Shown piece by piece: positions 9,463-19,211 of a stretch of 64,000 nucleotides of DNA. The position numbers were made by a program, and so were the translations under genes. Where the stretch lies: assembly GCA_041740615.1 (NCBI GenBank), contig JBGSLR010000026.1:5165-69164 (forward strand), in the 5' to 3' direction. Source of the DNA: Desulfobacterales bacterium. GTDB taxonomy: Bacteria; Desulfobacterota; Desulfobacteria; Desulfobacterales; SURF-7. Below the pieces are notes generated by a model. It was not told the origin of the DNA, did no database searches, and saw nothing but the letters and a program-made list of their open reading frames with translations. Each line of letters opens with the position of its first letter. Position 1 is the first letter of the stretch.

Positions 9463-11367
9463 ATGCAATCGATTGTGTATAATTCGGGTTCGACCGTGGC
9501 GTTCGCCCTGGTATTGGGAATTTTGTCCCAATCCATTGCCTTTCATTTGCGGGTTCCCGGAATCGTTGTTCTGCTATTCACCGGGGTTATTTTCGGTCCG
9601 GATGTCATGGGGTTGATTCAGCCCGATGGACTCGGCTCCGCTCTTGGCATTATTACCGGTTTTGCCGTTGCCGTCATCTTGTTCGAAGGCGGGATGAGTT
9701 TGAAATTTCGGAAATTGCGGCGGGAGCAGCAATCCATCCGGCGACTGGTGCTTTTCGGTGGTTGGATTACCATGATGGGCGGCATGCTGGTCGCCCGAGT
9801 GATCATGCAATGGCCCTGGAAGATCTCCCTGCTTTTCGGAACTTTGGTGATGGTAACGGGTCCCACGGTCATCAATCCGCTGTTAAAACGATTGAAAATC
9901 AAACGCAGCGTCGCCACGGTTCTCGAAGCCGAGGGCGTCCTGATCGACGCCATTGGGGCGGTGGTGGCCATCGTTGCTCTGGAGGCCGTTCTCAGTCCCG
10001 CGGACGGCGGCGTGGTCACCTGGGTGCTGCATATCGGCTCCCGATTGGGATTCGGCGCACTCTGCGGGGTCGTTTCCGGCTTTTTTGTGGTCGGCGTCTT
10101 TCAATTGCGTCGCATATTGCCGGAAGGTATCGAAAACGTTTTTACCTTGTGCATCGTTCTGGCGTTATTTCAAGCCGCCAATGCCATGCTGCCGGAAAGC
10201 GGCATCGCTGCGGTCACCGTGGCCGGGATTCTAGTGGGAAATTCCAGAACCCACGCCCTCCAGGATCTGGCGGAGTTCAAGGAAGAACTGACCGTCATGC
10301 TGATCGGCATGCTTTTTGTGCTGCTGTCGGCCGATATCCGATTGAGCCAGGTTCGCCAGTTGGGGTACCCGGGGATTGCCACCGCGGCCGCTCTGATCTT
10401 TCTGGTCCGACCTGTGACCGTATGGGTCAGCACCATTGGGACGAAGATGGCCTGGAAGGAAAAACTGTTCATCGCTTGGATCGGGCCCCGTGGAATCGTG
10501 GCGGCGGCGGTCGCATCCCTGTTTGCCGTTGCTCTGAAAGAAAATAACATTCCGGGTGGTTACGAGCTCCGGGCGCTGGTTTTTCTGGTGATCACCATAA
10601 CGGTCCTGTGCGCCGGTCTGACGGGCGGATGGGTTGCCGGGCTTTTCGGTCTTCGAAGACCCGGCCAAAGCGGCTGGGTGATTTTGGGCGCCAACGAATT
10701 GGCCCGGGCCCTCGCAAAATTGCTCAAGGAGGACGGGCAGGAGATCGTCCTGATCGACAGCAATCCGGATAACTGCCGCGCCGCGGAAGAAGACTGTTCC
10801 CGTGTGATTTTCGGCAACGGCATTCAATCCAGGGGATTGCTGCGGGCGGAGATCGATATCCGTATCGGCGCACTGGCCATTACGCCCAATGAGGAAATCA
10901 ATTTTCTTTTTATACAAAAGGTCAAACAAGAGGCCAGGAACGTCCAGCTATTTTCGGCCTTGAAAATCAACAGCAATACGCTTTCCCCCAAAATGCTGCA
11001 TCAAATCGGCGCCCAGGTCGCCTTTATCAACCCCCAGGATGTGGAACTCTGGTCCACCCGGATTCGAAGAAGCCAGGTCCGCTTGCAGCGCTGGCTTGTG
11101 GCGGGACCTGACGGATCCAATATGGGAAAGAATGACATTCCGTCATGGTTACCAGGCGGCGACGCCCTCCTGTTATGCCTCCATCGTGGGAAGCGGGTTG
11201 CCCCCATCGGAGACCTGGGCCTTCCCAAAACCGGTGATGAAATCTCGCTGCTGGTTCATACCCCCGAGGTGGCATCTATCCAGGCGCGTCTGGAAACGTC
11301 CGGATGGAAGCTGGTCGAGTCAGGAGCGGACAAATCTGTACTGACCTCCCAGTGTTACCTGACATAA
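9463..11367 (+). CDS. NhaP/CPA1-type cation:proton antiporter fused to C-terminal RCK (TrkA-N / TrkA-C) domains
   Basis: The ORF 9418..11367 was trimmed to the ATG at 9463, after GAGG. There are about 12 transmembrane helices, followed by a Rossmann-like GWVILGANELARALAKLL region and a TrkA-C-like tail. Confidence 0.8.
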   Translation: MQSIVYNSGSTVAFALVLGILSQSIAFHLRVPGIVVLLFTGVIFGPDVMGLIQPDGLGSALGIITGFAVAVILFEGGMSLKFRKLRREQQSIRRLVLFGGWITMMGGMLVARVIMQWPWKISLLFGTLVMVTGPTVINPLLKRLKIKRSVATVLEAEGVLIDAIGAVVAIVALEAVLSPADGGVVTWVLHIGSRLGFGALCGVVSGFFVVGVFQLRRILPEGIENVFTLCIVLALFQAANAMLPESGIAAVTVAGILVGNSRTHALQDLAEFKEELTVMLIGMLFVLLSADIRLSQVRQLGYPGIATAAALIFLVRPVTVWVSTIGTKMAWKEKLFIAWIGPRGIVAAAVASLFAVALKENNIPGGYELRALVFLVITITVLCAGLTGGWVAGLFGLRRPGQSGWVILGANELARALAKLLKEDGQEIVLIDSNPDNCRAAEEDCSRVIFGNGIQSRGLLRAEIDIRIGALAITPNEEINFLFIQKVKQEARNVQLFSALKINSNTLSPKMLHQIGAQVAFINPQDVELWSTRIRRSQVRLQRWLVAGPDGSNMGKNDIPSWLPGGDALLLCLHRGKRVAPIGDLGLPKTGDEISLLVHTPEVASIQARLETSGWKLVESGADKSVLTSQCYLT

Positions 11368-11565
11368 TGGCGAATCTCTTCTGTCAGATGCTTACCTACA
11401 CTACATTTTTTGAAACTTATTTCGAAAAATCGGTTTCAATAGAATAACCGGATACCGGAAGGGCGCGACAAATCACGGAAGTCCCGGACAATCCAATTCC
11501 CGGAATTCAAATTGAAATCGTATTGTTATGTGAATCATTGCAGGTAAACATCATGGAGGTTGAAC

Positions 11566-13434
11566 ATGAAACGCAGATCTATACTCAATAGAACAATTCT
11601 GATGCTATTGTTCATCGGGATGATAACCGGTGTCGGCCTTATGGGCTGCACCAGTGAGCAATCAGGTGATTCTCTCGCCAGCGCTGAAAAAGGCGAGTTG
11701 TCCATCGGCTTGACAGACGCCCAGGGCGATTTTGCGACGTATACGGTCGATGTGCTCTCCCTCACCCTCACAAAAGGGGACGGAGCTGTCGTGGAGGCAG
11801 TGCCGGTGTCAACCCGGGTCGACTTTTCCCAATACACGGAGGTAACGGAGTTTGTAACCGCGGCCATGATTCCGGCAGGAACCTATACCCGGGCGACGAT
11901 CACTCTGGATTATCGACAAGCCGATATCCGGGTGGAAAATGGAAGCGGTGACGCCGTGCAGGCCACCGTCATTCAGGACGAAGACGGCAATACCATCACA
12001 ACCCTGCAAGCGTCGGTGCAGTTGGAAAACACCAAGGCCCTGGTCATTGTTCCCGGAATTCCCGCCCATCTGACGCTGGATTTTGACCTGAAGGCCTCCA
12101 ACCATGTGAACCTTGATGATCCCGGGGCGCCCGTTGTTACGGTCGCGCCGACCTTGCAGGCCAGCGTCAATCTGGAAGATTCCAAAATGCAACGGGTCCG
12201 CGGGCCGTTGAAATCGGTGGATACCTCCACGGGGAGTTTTCGGGTCATTCTGCGTCCGTTTTATCATGCGCTTACCGGGAATCATGAACGCTTCGGCACA
12301 CTGAACGTCATTACCGACGAATCCACGGTCTATGACATCGATGGTCTGCCTTATACGGGCGTTGCCGGGCTCAAGGCGCTGGAAGATCTGGGAGAGCTGA
12401 CGGCTGTTGTGGCCATCGGCGAGCTGAAATTCAACCCCTATCGGTTCGAGGCCCGGGAGGTTCAGGCCGGTTTCAGTGTGCCGGGCGGAACAATGGACGC
12501 GGTCATCGGCAATGTCATCCGGCGCAGCGCCGACACCCTGACGTTGAAAGGGGCGACCCTTCACCGCAATGACGGTAGCGTGATCTTTAACGATCATGTA
12601 TCCGTTCGGATTGACAACGATACCGAGGTAAGCCGTCAACTCTCCAGTGAGGTCTTTTCCATTCAGGATGTTTCCGTGGGCCAGCGCGTCGCGGTTTTCG
12701 GAGCCCTCACGAGTGATCAAGTCGACGACCTGCAACTGGACGCCACCCAGGGGTATGTCAAAATGTGGTTGACCACCATTCGGGGGACGGTGCTGGAAAC
12801 CGCTCCCGGCGATGAGGTCGTTCCCTTGGTCATGAAGCTTCAATCCATCGACAACCGCCTGGTGAGCGACTTTGACTTCACCGGTACGGGTGTGGATGAG
12901 AAGCATGATGCGGATTACCGACGCTATGAAGTTAATACCGGCAGCCTGGGCCTCGGAGACCTTGCAACGAACACAACGATCAAGGTGCGCGGTTTTGTGA
13001 ATCGGTTCGGCGAGGCTCCCCCGGATTTCAATGCCTGGAGCATTATCAATGTCGCCGATGTTCGCGCCTTCATGAAGGTCAAATGGCATCCTCCCCAAAA
13101 CCAGGCGTTTGCTTCCATCGATGGAGAAAAACTGGTTCTGAACCTGGAGCAGGCTTCACTCTTTCATCACGTGGGGCGCGGATGCGTGGTTGTCGATCTG
13201 AATTCACTGGGAACATCGCCGACCATTCAACCCGCAGACTCCGATGATGGGCTGTTTCTCATCACCTGGCGGGGCACGATCCAGACCTTTTCGGATTTCA
13301 CTGCATTCAGTAAGACGCTTCAGGAGCATCTTGGCGACAGCAGCCGTACGGTCAACAGCTTGTTCGCATCGGGGGATTTTGAAGACGATACCGCAACCTT
13401 GACCACTGATTTTGTCGATGTGAAACTTCGATAG
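11566..13434 (+). CDS. lipoprotein with an N-terminal DUF4382-like domain (hypothetical)
   Basis: Starts at the ATG at 11566, after GGAGG; the ORF track began at TTG 11560. The signal peptide ends in the lipobox LMGC. After it comes GELSIGLTDAQGDFATYTVDVLSLTL, which resembles the DUF4382 signature. Confidence 0.5.
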   Translation: MKRRSILNRTILMLLFIGMITGVGLMGCTSEQSGDSLASAEKGELSIGLTDAQGDFATYTVDVLSLTLTKGDGAVVEAVPVSTRVDFSQYTEVTEFVTAAMIPAGTYTRATITLDYRQADIRVENGSGDAVQATVIQDEDGNTITTLQASVQLENTKALVIVPGIPAHLTLDFDLKASNHVNLDDPGAPVVTVAPTLQASVNLEDSKMQRVRGPLKSVDTSTGSFRVILRPFYHALTGNHERFGTLNVITDESTVYDIDGLPYTGVAGLKALEDLGELTAVVAIGELKFNPYRFEAREVQAGFSVPGGTMDAVIGNVIRRSADTLTLKGATLHRNDGSVIFNDHVSVRIDNDTEVSRQLSSEVFSIQDVSVGQRVAVFGALTSDQVDDLQLDATQGYVKMWLTTIRGTVLETAPGDEVVPLVMKLQSIDNRLVSDFDFTGTGVDEKHDADYRRYEVNTGSLGLGDLATNTTIKVRGFVNRFGEAPPDFNAWSIINVADVRAFMKVKWHPPQNQAFASIDGEKLVLNLEQASLFHHVGRGCVVVDLNSLGTSPTIQPADSDDGLFLITWRGTIQTFSDFTAFSKTLQEHLGDSSRTVNSLFASGDFEDDTATLTTDFVDVKLR

Positions 13435-13812
13435 AAGTGTCCTGCACGACCCGCTTTCAGCAACAGATACGGGCATTTATCACGCCCGTATCTGTTGCTC
13501 TCGATCCGACCACGCCGCTTTTTTCTCTCCATCCGATCGGTAAGATGGATATGCCAAACGCCGGGCACCCGTTGCCATCAATCGGGGAAACGAAAAATAA
13601 CCAGCTTGCCGTAAGCAGATAGCTGTATTATTTTAATGGGGTTTCGCGTTTATGATGATGCCCGGGTGGGCTATCGCCTATCATCATAATTATTCAATTT
13701 TGTCTTTTTTTTAATGGATTTATTACAAATTTGGCATTATAATAACCATTTTTGTTGCTGACAGCACGATCTAATTATATGGAATTATAGTATTTTATGT
13801 ATTCATGGTAGC

Positions 13813-13828
13813 TGGCATGGCTATTGCT
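13813..13828 (+). promoter_or_regulatory. sigma-54 (-24/-12) promoter upstream of the split glutamate synthase operon
   Basis: TGGCAT-GGCTA-TTGCT matches the TGGCAC-N5-TTGCW consensus, about 100 nt upstream of the 13932 start. An AT-rich region of about 250 nt (13620-13860) lies upstream. Confidence 0.5.
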
Positions 13829-13931
13829 CCATAAATCGCCGCCCGCCCATTACGATGAAAACCCGAAATGCTGGGAAGATCGATTGTCGGTCGGAAAAAA
13901 TGCCGGGTGTTGGGTATGTTAGGAGGGAATC

Positions 13932-15062
13932 ATGTGTCGTTTATTTGCCATTACGAGCGAAGAGCCTTTATCGCCGATGGTTGCCATTGAAGCGCTTGAT
14001 GTGATGCGGGAGGGCCACGACGGCTCCGGAGTCGGGCTGTTCTTGAGAAACCTTGGCGGACCGTTTGAAGAAATGAAAGATGCGCCTATTCTGTCCGGCA
14101 TTTTCACCCACGAGGGGATCAAGCGTCTGGACAACTATATGATGAACCTTGGTTTCATGACCAAATACAAGATATCCTTCAAGTTGCCGAAAACACCCGC
14201 TGCCGGCGTTCCCAAGCGCGATGTCTATCTCGTCAGGGCGTACGAGTATCCGTCTGACTGGGAAGGGCTCGATTTCAAGCAGTTGGGTGAAAAATTGATG
14301 ATGGTGCGGCTTGAGCTGCGGAATATGGGTCTTGAGAAACAGGATATGATTGTTTTTTCCTTCTGGCCGGATGTCATCATGATCAAGGAAATCGGGGACC
14401 CCTTGACCGTGGGGCGATACATGCACTTTGATCGGGAAGACCTGCGGGCGCGTATCATCATGGCCCAAGGTCGGCAGAACACCAATTACGCCATCAATCT
14501 GTATGCCTGCCATCCCTTTTTCGTGGAGGGGTTTTCCACCATGACCAACGGGGAAAATACCGCCTTTGTGCCCATCAGGGAATACCTGATGTCCAGAGGC
14601 TTTCCGGGCTACACCGGGTTTCAGTCCGATTCGGAAGTCTTTACCCATATTCTGCATTATACGATATCAAAACTGGGTCTTCCGCTGGAGGCTTACAAGC
14701 ATATCGTTACGCCACTCCAGGACGATGATTTACAGCGGCATCCGGATGCCCTGGTGCTGAAACAATTGAAACAGAGCTGCCGCCGGTTGATCATCGACGG
14801 GCCCAATTGCGTGATCGGTAGTTTGCCGGACCACACGCTATTCATGTTGCAGGACCGCAAGAAATTGCGTCCCGGCGTCGTGGGCGGTCGGGCGGGCCGG
14901 TATGCATTTTCTTCGGAGATCTGCGGCCTTGACGCCGTGATTCCGGATCGCGACAAAAGCAAAGATTTTCAACCCATGCATCTGGACACCGTTATGGTGG
15001 GTCCGGATTGTCAGGAGGTTTCCATATGCCGTCAGACAGACCGATTACTCCATCTACACTAA
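13932..15062 (+). CDS. glutamate synthase subunit, class-II glutamine amidotransferase (Ntn) domain
   Basis: Starts MCRLFAIT..., with the catalytic Cys at position 2. There is a strong RBS AGGAGGG. It is homologous to the GltB N-terminal domain and to the archaeal-type separate subunit. Confidence 0.8.
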   Translation: MCRLFAITSEEPLSPMVAIEALDVMREGHDGSGVGLFLRNLGGPFEEMKDAPILSGIFTHEGIKRLDNYMMNLGFMTKYKISFKLPKTPAAGVPKRDVYLVRAYEYPSDWEGLDFKQLGEKLMMVRLELRNMGLEKQDMIVFSFWPDVIMIKEIGDPLTVGRYMHFDREDLRARIIMAQGRQNTNYAINLYACHPFFVEGFSTMTNGENTAFVPIREYLMSRGFPGYTGFQSDSEVFTHILHYTISKLGLPLEAYKHIVTPLQDDDLQRHPDALVLKQLKQSCRRLIIDGPNCVIGSLPDHTLFMLQDRKKLRPGVVGGRAGRYAFSSEICGLDAVIPDRDKSKDFQPMHLDTVMVGPDCQEVSICRQTDRLLHLH

Positions 15063-16660
15063 GCGTCAAGGACTTGCCCTGGCAGATTCTGTGGGATAAG
15101 GAAAAATGTACCTTATGCGGCAGCTGTACCGCCGTGTGTCCGGTGAATGCCATAGAGCTGGGGGTTCACCGGAAACGTATCGTCGAGACGGCCCTTGGCA
15201 TCGACAAGGCATCGTCCAGCGTATTCAAGGTGTATCACGGTATTCGTCAGAAGACCGATCCCGCGTATGCCTGTGTCGGCTGCGCCATGTGCAATATGGT
15301 CTGTCCCAACGACGCCATCATTCCCATCAAGAGCGACGAAGCGGATAAATTGATCTATCACATCAACCGTGGCGGACAACCCCGCAGTCGTGGCGGCCGT
15401 CGCAATGTCCCCGGCGGGCTTCTGGATCGCATTAAATTTATCCGGATTTCCATGCTGACCGATCCGGCCCTGGATGCCGGCCGCCATGAATTCGAAATCA
15501 GGACATTGCTGGGACGGGTTTTGTCACCGGAAGAAGGCTTGAAACATATGCGGGAAAACGGTTGGATTCCGCCGGTTCGCGAAATCTACCCCTTGGTGAT
15601 CGGCAGCATGTCTTTCGGCGCCTTATCTCCCCCCATGTGGGAAGGACTTCAGATGGGTGTGGCCTACTTGAATGAAGAGCTGAAGATGCCCGTTCGGATG
15701 TGCACCGGTGAAGGGGGGTGCCCCCCGCGCCTGCTGCGCAGCCGTTTTCTGCAATATGTCATATTGCAGATCGCCAGCGGCTATTTCGGATGGGACGAAA
15801 TCATCCATGCCATCCCGGAAATGAAGGTCGACCCCTGTGCAGTGGAAATCAAATACGGGCAGGGAGCCAAACCGGGTGACGGGGGGCTGTTGATGTGGTA
15901 CAAGGTCAATAAACTGATTGCCGCCATCCGGGGGGTTCCCGAGCGGATCAGTCTGCCGAGTCCTCCCACGCACCAGACCCAGTATTCCATTGAAGAATCC
16001 GTGGCCAAGATGATCCAGTCCATGTATATGGCCTGGGGTTTTCGAGTGCCTGTTTATCCTAAAATTTCAGGATCTTCAACCAGCCTGGCAGTGCTGAACA
16101 ATCTGACGCGCAATGCCTTTGCGGCCGGGCTTGCCATCGACGGCGAGGACGGCGGCACCGGCGCGGCGTACAATGTCTCCATGAACAGCATGGGCCATCC
16201 CATTGCCAGCAGTATCCGGGATTGTTACCTGAATCTTGTGGCTCTTGGAAAGCAGAACGAGATTCCGCTCTTTGCCGGCGGTGGTATCGGAAAGACCGGG
16301 AACCTGGCCGCCAACGCCGCAGCCTTGATCATGCTGGGAGCCAGTGGTGTGCAGATCGGCAAATATATCATGCAGGCCGGAGCCGGTTGCCTCGGATCAG
16401 AAGGCGACCGCTGTAACATCTGCAATATCGGTCTTTGTCCCAAGGGTATCACTTCGCAGGATCCCCGACTTTACAGGCGGCTGAATGCAGAGGATGTGGC
16501 CCAGCGTGTGGTGGATGTCTATCTGAGTTTCGATACGGAGCTGAAAAAAATCATTGCGCCGTTGGGGCGGTCCACCTCCCTGCCGGTGGGCATGTCCGAC
16601 GCCCTGGGAATAGACGATTTCCATATAGCGGAAGCACTGAAAATCAAATACGTGGTGTAA
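15026..16660 (+). CDS. glutamate synthase FMN-binding (central) domain subunit with N-terminal 2x[4Fe-4S] ferredoxin motifs
   Basis: CTLCGSCTAVCPVNAI and CVGCAMCNMVCPNDAI motifs are followed by a GltB FMN/TIM-barrel-like region (GGTGAA..., GASGVQIGK). The start is the ATG at 15026, after AGGAGG. Confidence 0.8.
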   Translation: MPSDRPITPSTLSVKDLPWQILWDKEKCTLCGSCTAVCPVNAIELGVHRKRIVETALGIDKASSSVFKVYHGIRQKTDPAYACVGCAMCNMVCPNDAIIPIKSDEADKLIYHINRGGQPRSRGGRRNVPGGLLDRIKFIRISMLTDPALDAGRHEFEIRTLLGRVLSPEEGLKHMRENGWIPPVREIYPLVIGSMSFGALSPPMWEGLQMGVAYLNEELKMPVRMCTGEGGCPPRLLRSRFLQYVILQIASGYFGWDEIIHAIPEMKVDPCAVEIKYGQGAKPGDGGLLMWYKVNKLIAAIRGVPERISLPSPPTHQTQYSIEESVAKMIQSMYMAWGFRVPVYPKISGSSTSLAVLNNLTRNAFAAGLAIDGEDGGTGAAYNVSMNSMGHPIASSIRDCYLNLVALGKQNEIPLFAGGGIGKTGNLAANAAALIMLGASGVQIGKYIMQAGAGCLGSEGDRCNICNIGLCPKGITSQDPRLYRRLNAEDVAQRVVDVYLSFDTELKKIIAPLGRSTSLPVGMSDALGIDDFHIAEALKIKYVV

Positions 16661-16727
16661 TGATAACGATAAAGGTCGATAGACTGAAGACTGACGGCGG
16701 ACCGCCAACGGTTTTTCGGAGATAGAT

Positions 16728-19055
16728 ATGGGCAACGAATACTACACAATATCGGGAATAGCACAGGGCGATCGACTGGACTCGCGGGTACTGGAAGAAA
16801 AAATGCAGCAGGCGATCGCCGACGGGCACCGGCGTTTTCTCATCCAGGCATATGGTCAGCATGGGTTGGGAGGGCGGCTCTGGAAAGCCGGGGTGGAACC
16901 GGTCTATGTCAAAATAGAGGGTCAGGTCGGGCAACGGGTCGGCTCCTTCGGCTTCCCCAATACGGTGATTGAAATCATGGGGCCGGCTTCCGATGATGTC
17001 GGTTGGCTCAATGCGGGGGCCGAAATCGTCGTCCACGGACATGCCGGAAATGGTTTGGCCAATGCCATGGCCCAGGGAAAAATCTATGTGGCCGGTAACA
17101 TCGGCGCCCGCGGGATGACCATGACCAAGCGCAATCCCCGTTTTGAACCCCCCCAGGTCTGGGTCCTCGGTTCCGTGGGGGATTATTTCGGTGAATTCAT
17201 GGCTGGTGGCGTGACCGTTATCTGCGGTGTAAACGCCCAAAATCCGGACAATGTTCTCGGATATCGTCCGTTGGTCGGCATGGTGGGCGGAAAGGTCTTT
17301 TTCCGCGGCCCCCACAGTGGTTACAGCCAGAGCGACGCCAAGGTGATTCCCATATCGGATGAGGATTGGAACTGGCTGACGGACAACATGCGGCATTTCC
17401 TTGCTCGGATCCATCGCGATGAGTTGATGGAACAGTTGTCGATTCGGGAAGAATGGCAGATGCTCCGGGCCCGCTCACCCCAGGAACGCGGCGTGGTCGA
17501 GCGGCGTTCCATGGCTTCCTTCCGCAAGGACGCCTGGGATGCGGAACTTGGGGCGGGCGGGTTGATTGGTGATCTGGTTTCTCTGGACCGCAGTCCGATA
17601 CCGTTGATTACGACGGGAGACATGCGACGGTTCGTTCCGGTCTGGGAAAACCGAAAATATCTGGCGCCTTGCGAAGCCAGCTGTCCAACGGGAATTCCGA
17701 TCCATGAACGGTGGCGACTGATCCGGGAAGGTCGTTTCGATGAAGCCGTGAATTTGGCCTTGGCCTATACTCCCTTTCCCGCCACCGTATGCGGGTATTT
17801 GTGCCCGAACCCCTGTATGCAGGCCTGCACTCGGCAAATCGCAGGCATGATGCCGGTGGACACCACTCAGATCGGCAAGGCGAGCATCAAGGCCGGATTG
17901 CCGGAAATGTCGGCGTTGAGCGGAAAGCGCGTTGCCGTCATCGGTGGTGGGCCGGCAGGAATTTCCATTGCCTGGCAGCTGCGCCGTAAAGGGCATGAAG
18001 CCGTCATTTATGATATGTCGCCCATATTGGGCGGCAAGATTTCCGCACTGATTCCGGAAAGTCGGATTCCCGGGGATGTGCTCGCAGCGGAACTCGATCG
18101 AATCCGCAACGTAATTCCCCATGTCAATCTGCAACAGCGGCTGACGCGTGCGGAAACCGAGCGCCTCAAGCAGGATTTCGACTATTTGGTGCTGGCCGCC
18201 GGCGCCCAGAAAGCGCGTGTATTGCCCGTGCCCGGCAAGGAAAAGATGGTTACGGCCCAGAATTTCCTGACGGCCGCCAAAGCGAATAAAATCAACCCCG
18301 GCAAGCGCATCGTCATCATCGGCGCCGGCAACGTCGGGTGTGATGTCGCCACCGAAGCCCACCGATTGGGCGCCGAGGATTTGCTGCTCATCGATGTGCA
18401 GGCCCCGGCATCCTTCGGCAAGGAGCGCAAGGAGGCCGAAGCTGTCGGCGCTGTTTTCCGCTGGCCGTGCTACACAAAAGAAATCCGTGACGAAGGGGTC
18501 CTCCTGGATACCGGGGAGATGCTCCCGGCGGATATGGTGGTGATCTCCATCGGGGATGTCCCGGAGCTTGATTTTTTACCGGAAAGTGTGGCCACGGAAC
18601 GGGGATATATCAAGGTGGATGATCGCTTTCAAACCTCGGATCCAAAGATCTTTGCCGTGGGGGATATGGTCAGACCGGGTTTGTTAACGGAGGCCGTGGG
18701 TGCCGGAAGGAAGGCCGCCGCCGCCATTGCCGATCTCCTGGAGGGGCGTGAGACCGACGCGGACACGTGCGGCATCATCGACCACCAACGGGTCTCCCTG
18801 GAGTATTTCGATCCTCGGATAACGGATTTCGATAGCCCCGAGCGATGCGGTTCTCAGTGTGCCTCGTGCGGCAATTGCCGGGATTGCGGTATCTGTGTCA
18901 GCATCTGTCCCCAGGGCGCCATTCGAAGGTTGGAAAAGAGCGGGAAAGAATATGTCTATGAAGTGGATGGCGATAAATGCATCGGCTGTGGATTCTGTGC
19001 CGGCGCCTGCCCCTGCGGTGTCTGGGGCATGACGGCCAATTCGCCCATCGGGTAG
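16728..19055 (+). CDS. glutamate synthase GXGXG (C-terminal GltB) domain fused to a GltD-like NAD(P)H-dependent FAD oxidoreductase and a C-terminal 4Fe-4S ferredoxin
   Basis: The N-terminal 250 aa have the GXGXG repeat architecture. Then come RVAVIGGGPAGISIAWQL and IVIIGAGNVGCDVA dinucleotide folds, and a C-terminal CIGCGFCAGACPCG motif. Confidence 0.8.
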   Translation: MGNEYYTISGIAQGDRLDSRVLEEKMQQAIADGHRRFLIQAYGQHGLGGRLWKAGVEPVYVKIEGQVGQRVGSFGFPNTVIEIMGPASDDVGWLNAGAEIVVHGHAGNGLANAMAQGKIYVAGNIGARGMTMTKRNPRFEPPQVWVLGSVGDYFGEFMAGGVTVICGVNAQNPDNVLGYRPLVGMVGGKVFFRGPHSGYSQSDAKVIPISDEDWNWLTDNMRHFLARIHRDELMEQLSIREEWQMLRARSPQERGVVERRSMASFRKDAWDAELGAGGLIGDLVSLDRSPIPLITTGDMRRFVPVWENRKYLAPCEASCPTGIPIHERWRLIREGRFDEAVNLALAYTPFPATVCGYLCPNPCMQACTRQIAGMMPVDTTQIGKASIKAGLPEMSALSGKRVAVIGGGPAGISIAWQLRRKGHEAVIYDMSPILGGKISALIPESRIPGDVLAAELDRIRNVIPHVNLQQRLTRAETERLKQDFDYLVLAAGAQKARVLPVPGKEKMVTAQNFLTAAKANKINPGKRIVIIGAGNVGCDVATEAHRLGAEDLLLIDVQAPASFGKERKEAEAVGAVFRWPCYTKEIRDEGVLLDTGEMLPADMVVISIGDVPELDFLPESVATERGYIKVDDRFQTSDPKIFAVGDMVRPGLLTEAVGAGRKAAAAIADLLEGRETDADTCGIIDHQRVSLEYFDPRITDFDSPERCGSQCASCGNCRDCGICVSICPQGAIRRLEKSGKEYVYEVDGDKCIGCGFCAGACPCGVWGMTANSPIG

Positions 19056-19211
19056 GCGGGGATTTATATTGATTTCTAAACCAAATGTGCTAATGGAAAC
19101 ATGCCGTTTCAGGGTGTACGAGGGGTGCGGTCGGTTTATCGCGGGAGACTGAATACGCTTCGGTCTTCGACTTTCAGTCGACCCACCTGATTCATTATGA
19201 ACAGGGAATAT

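Noticed and set aside
9762-10547. 261-aa Arg/Gly/His-rich plus-strand ORF inside the antiporter gene
   Set aside because: It is an alternative frame of a confidently assigned membrane transporter, with low-complexity Arg/Gly composition.
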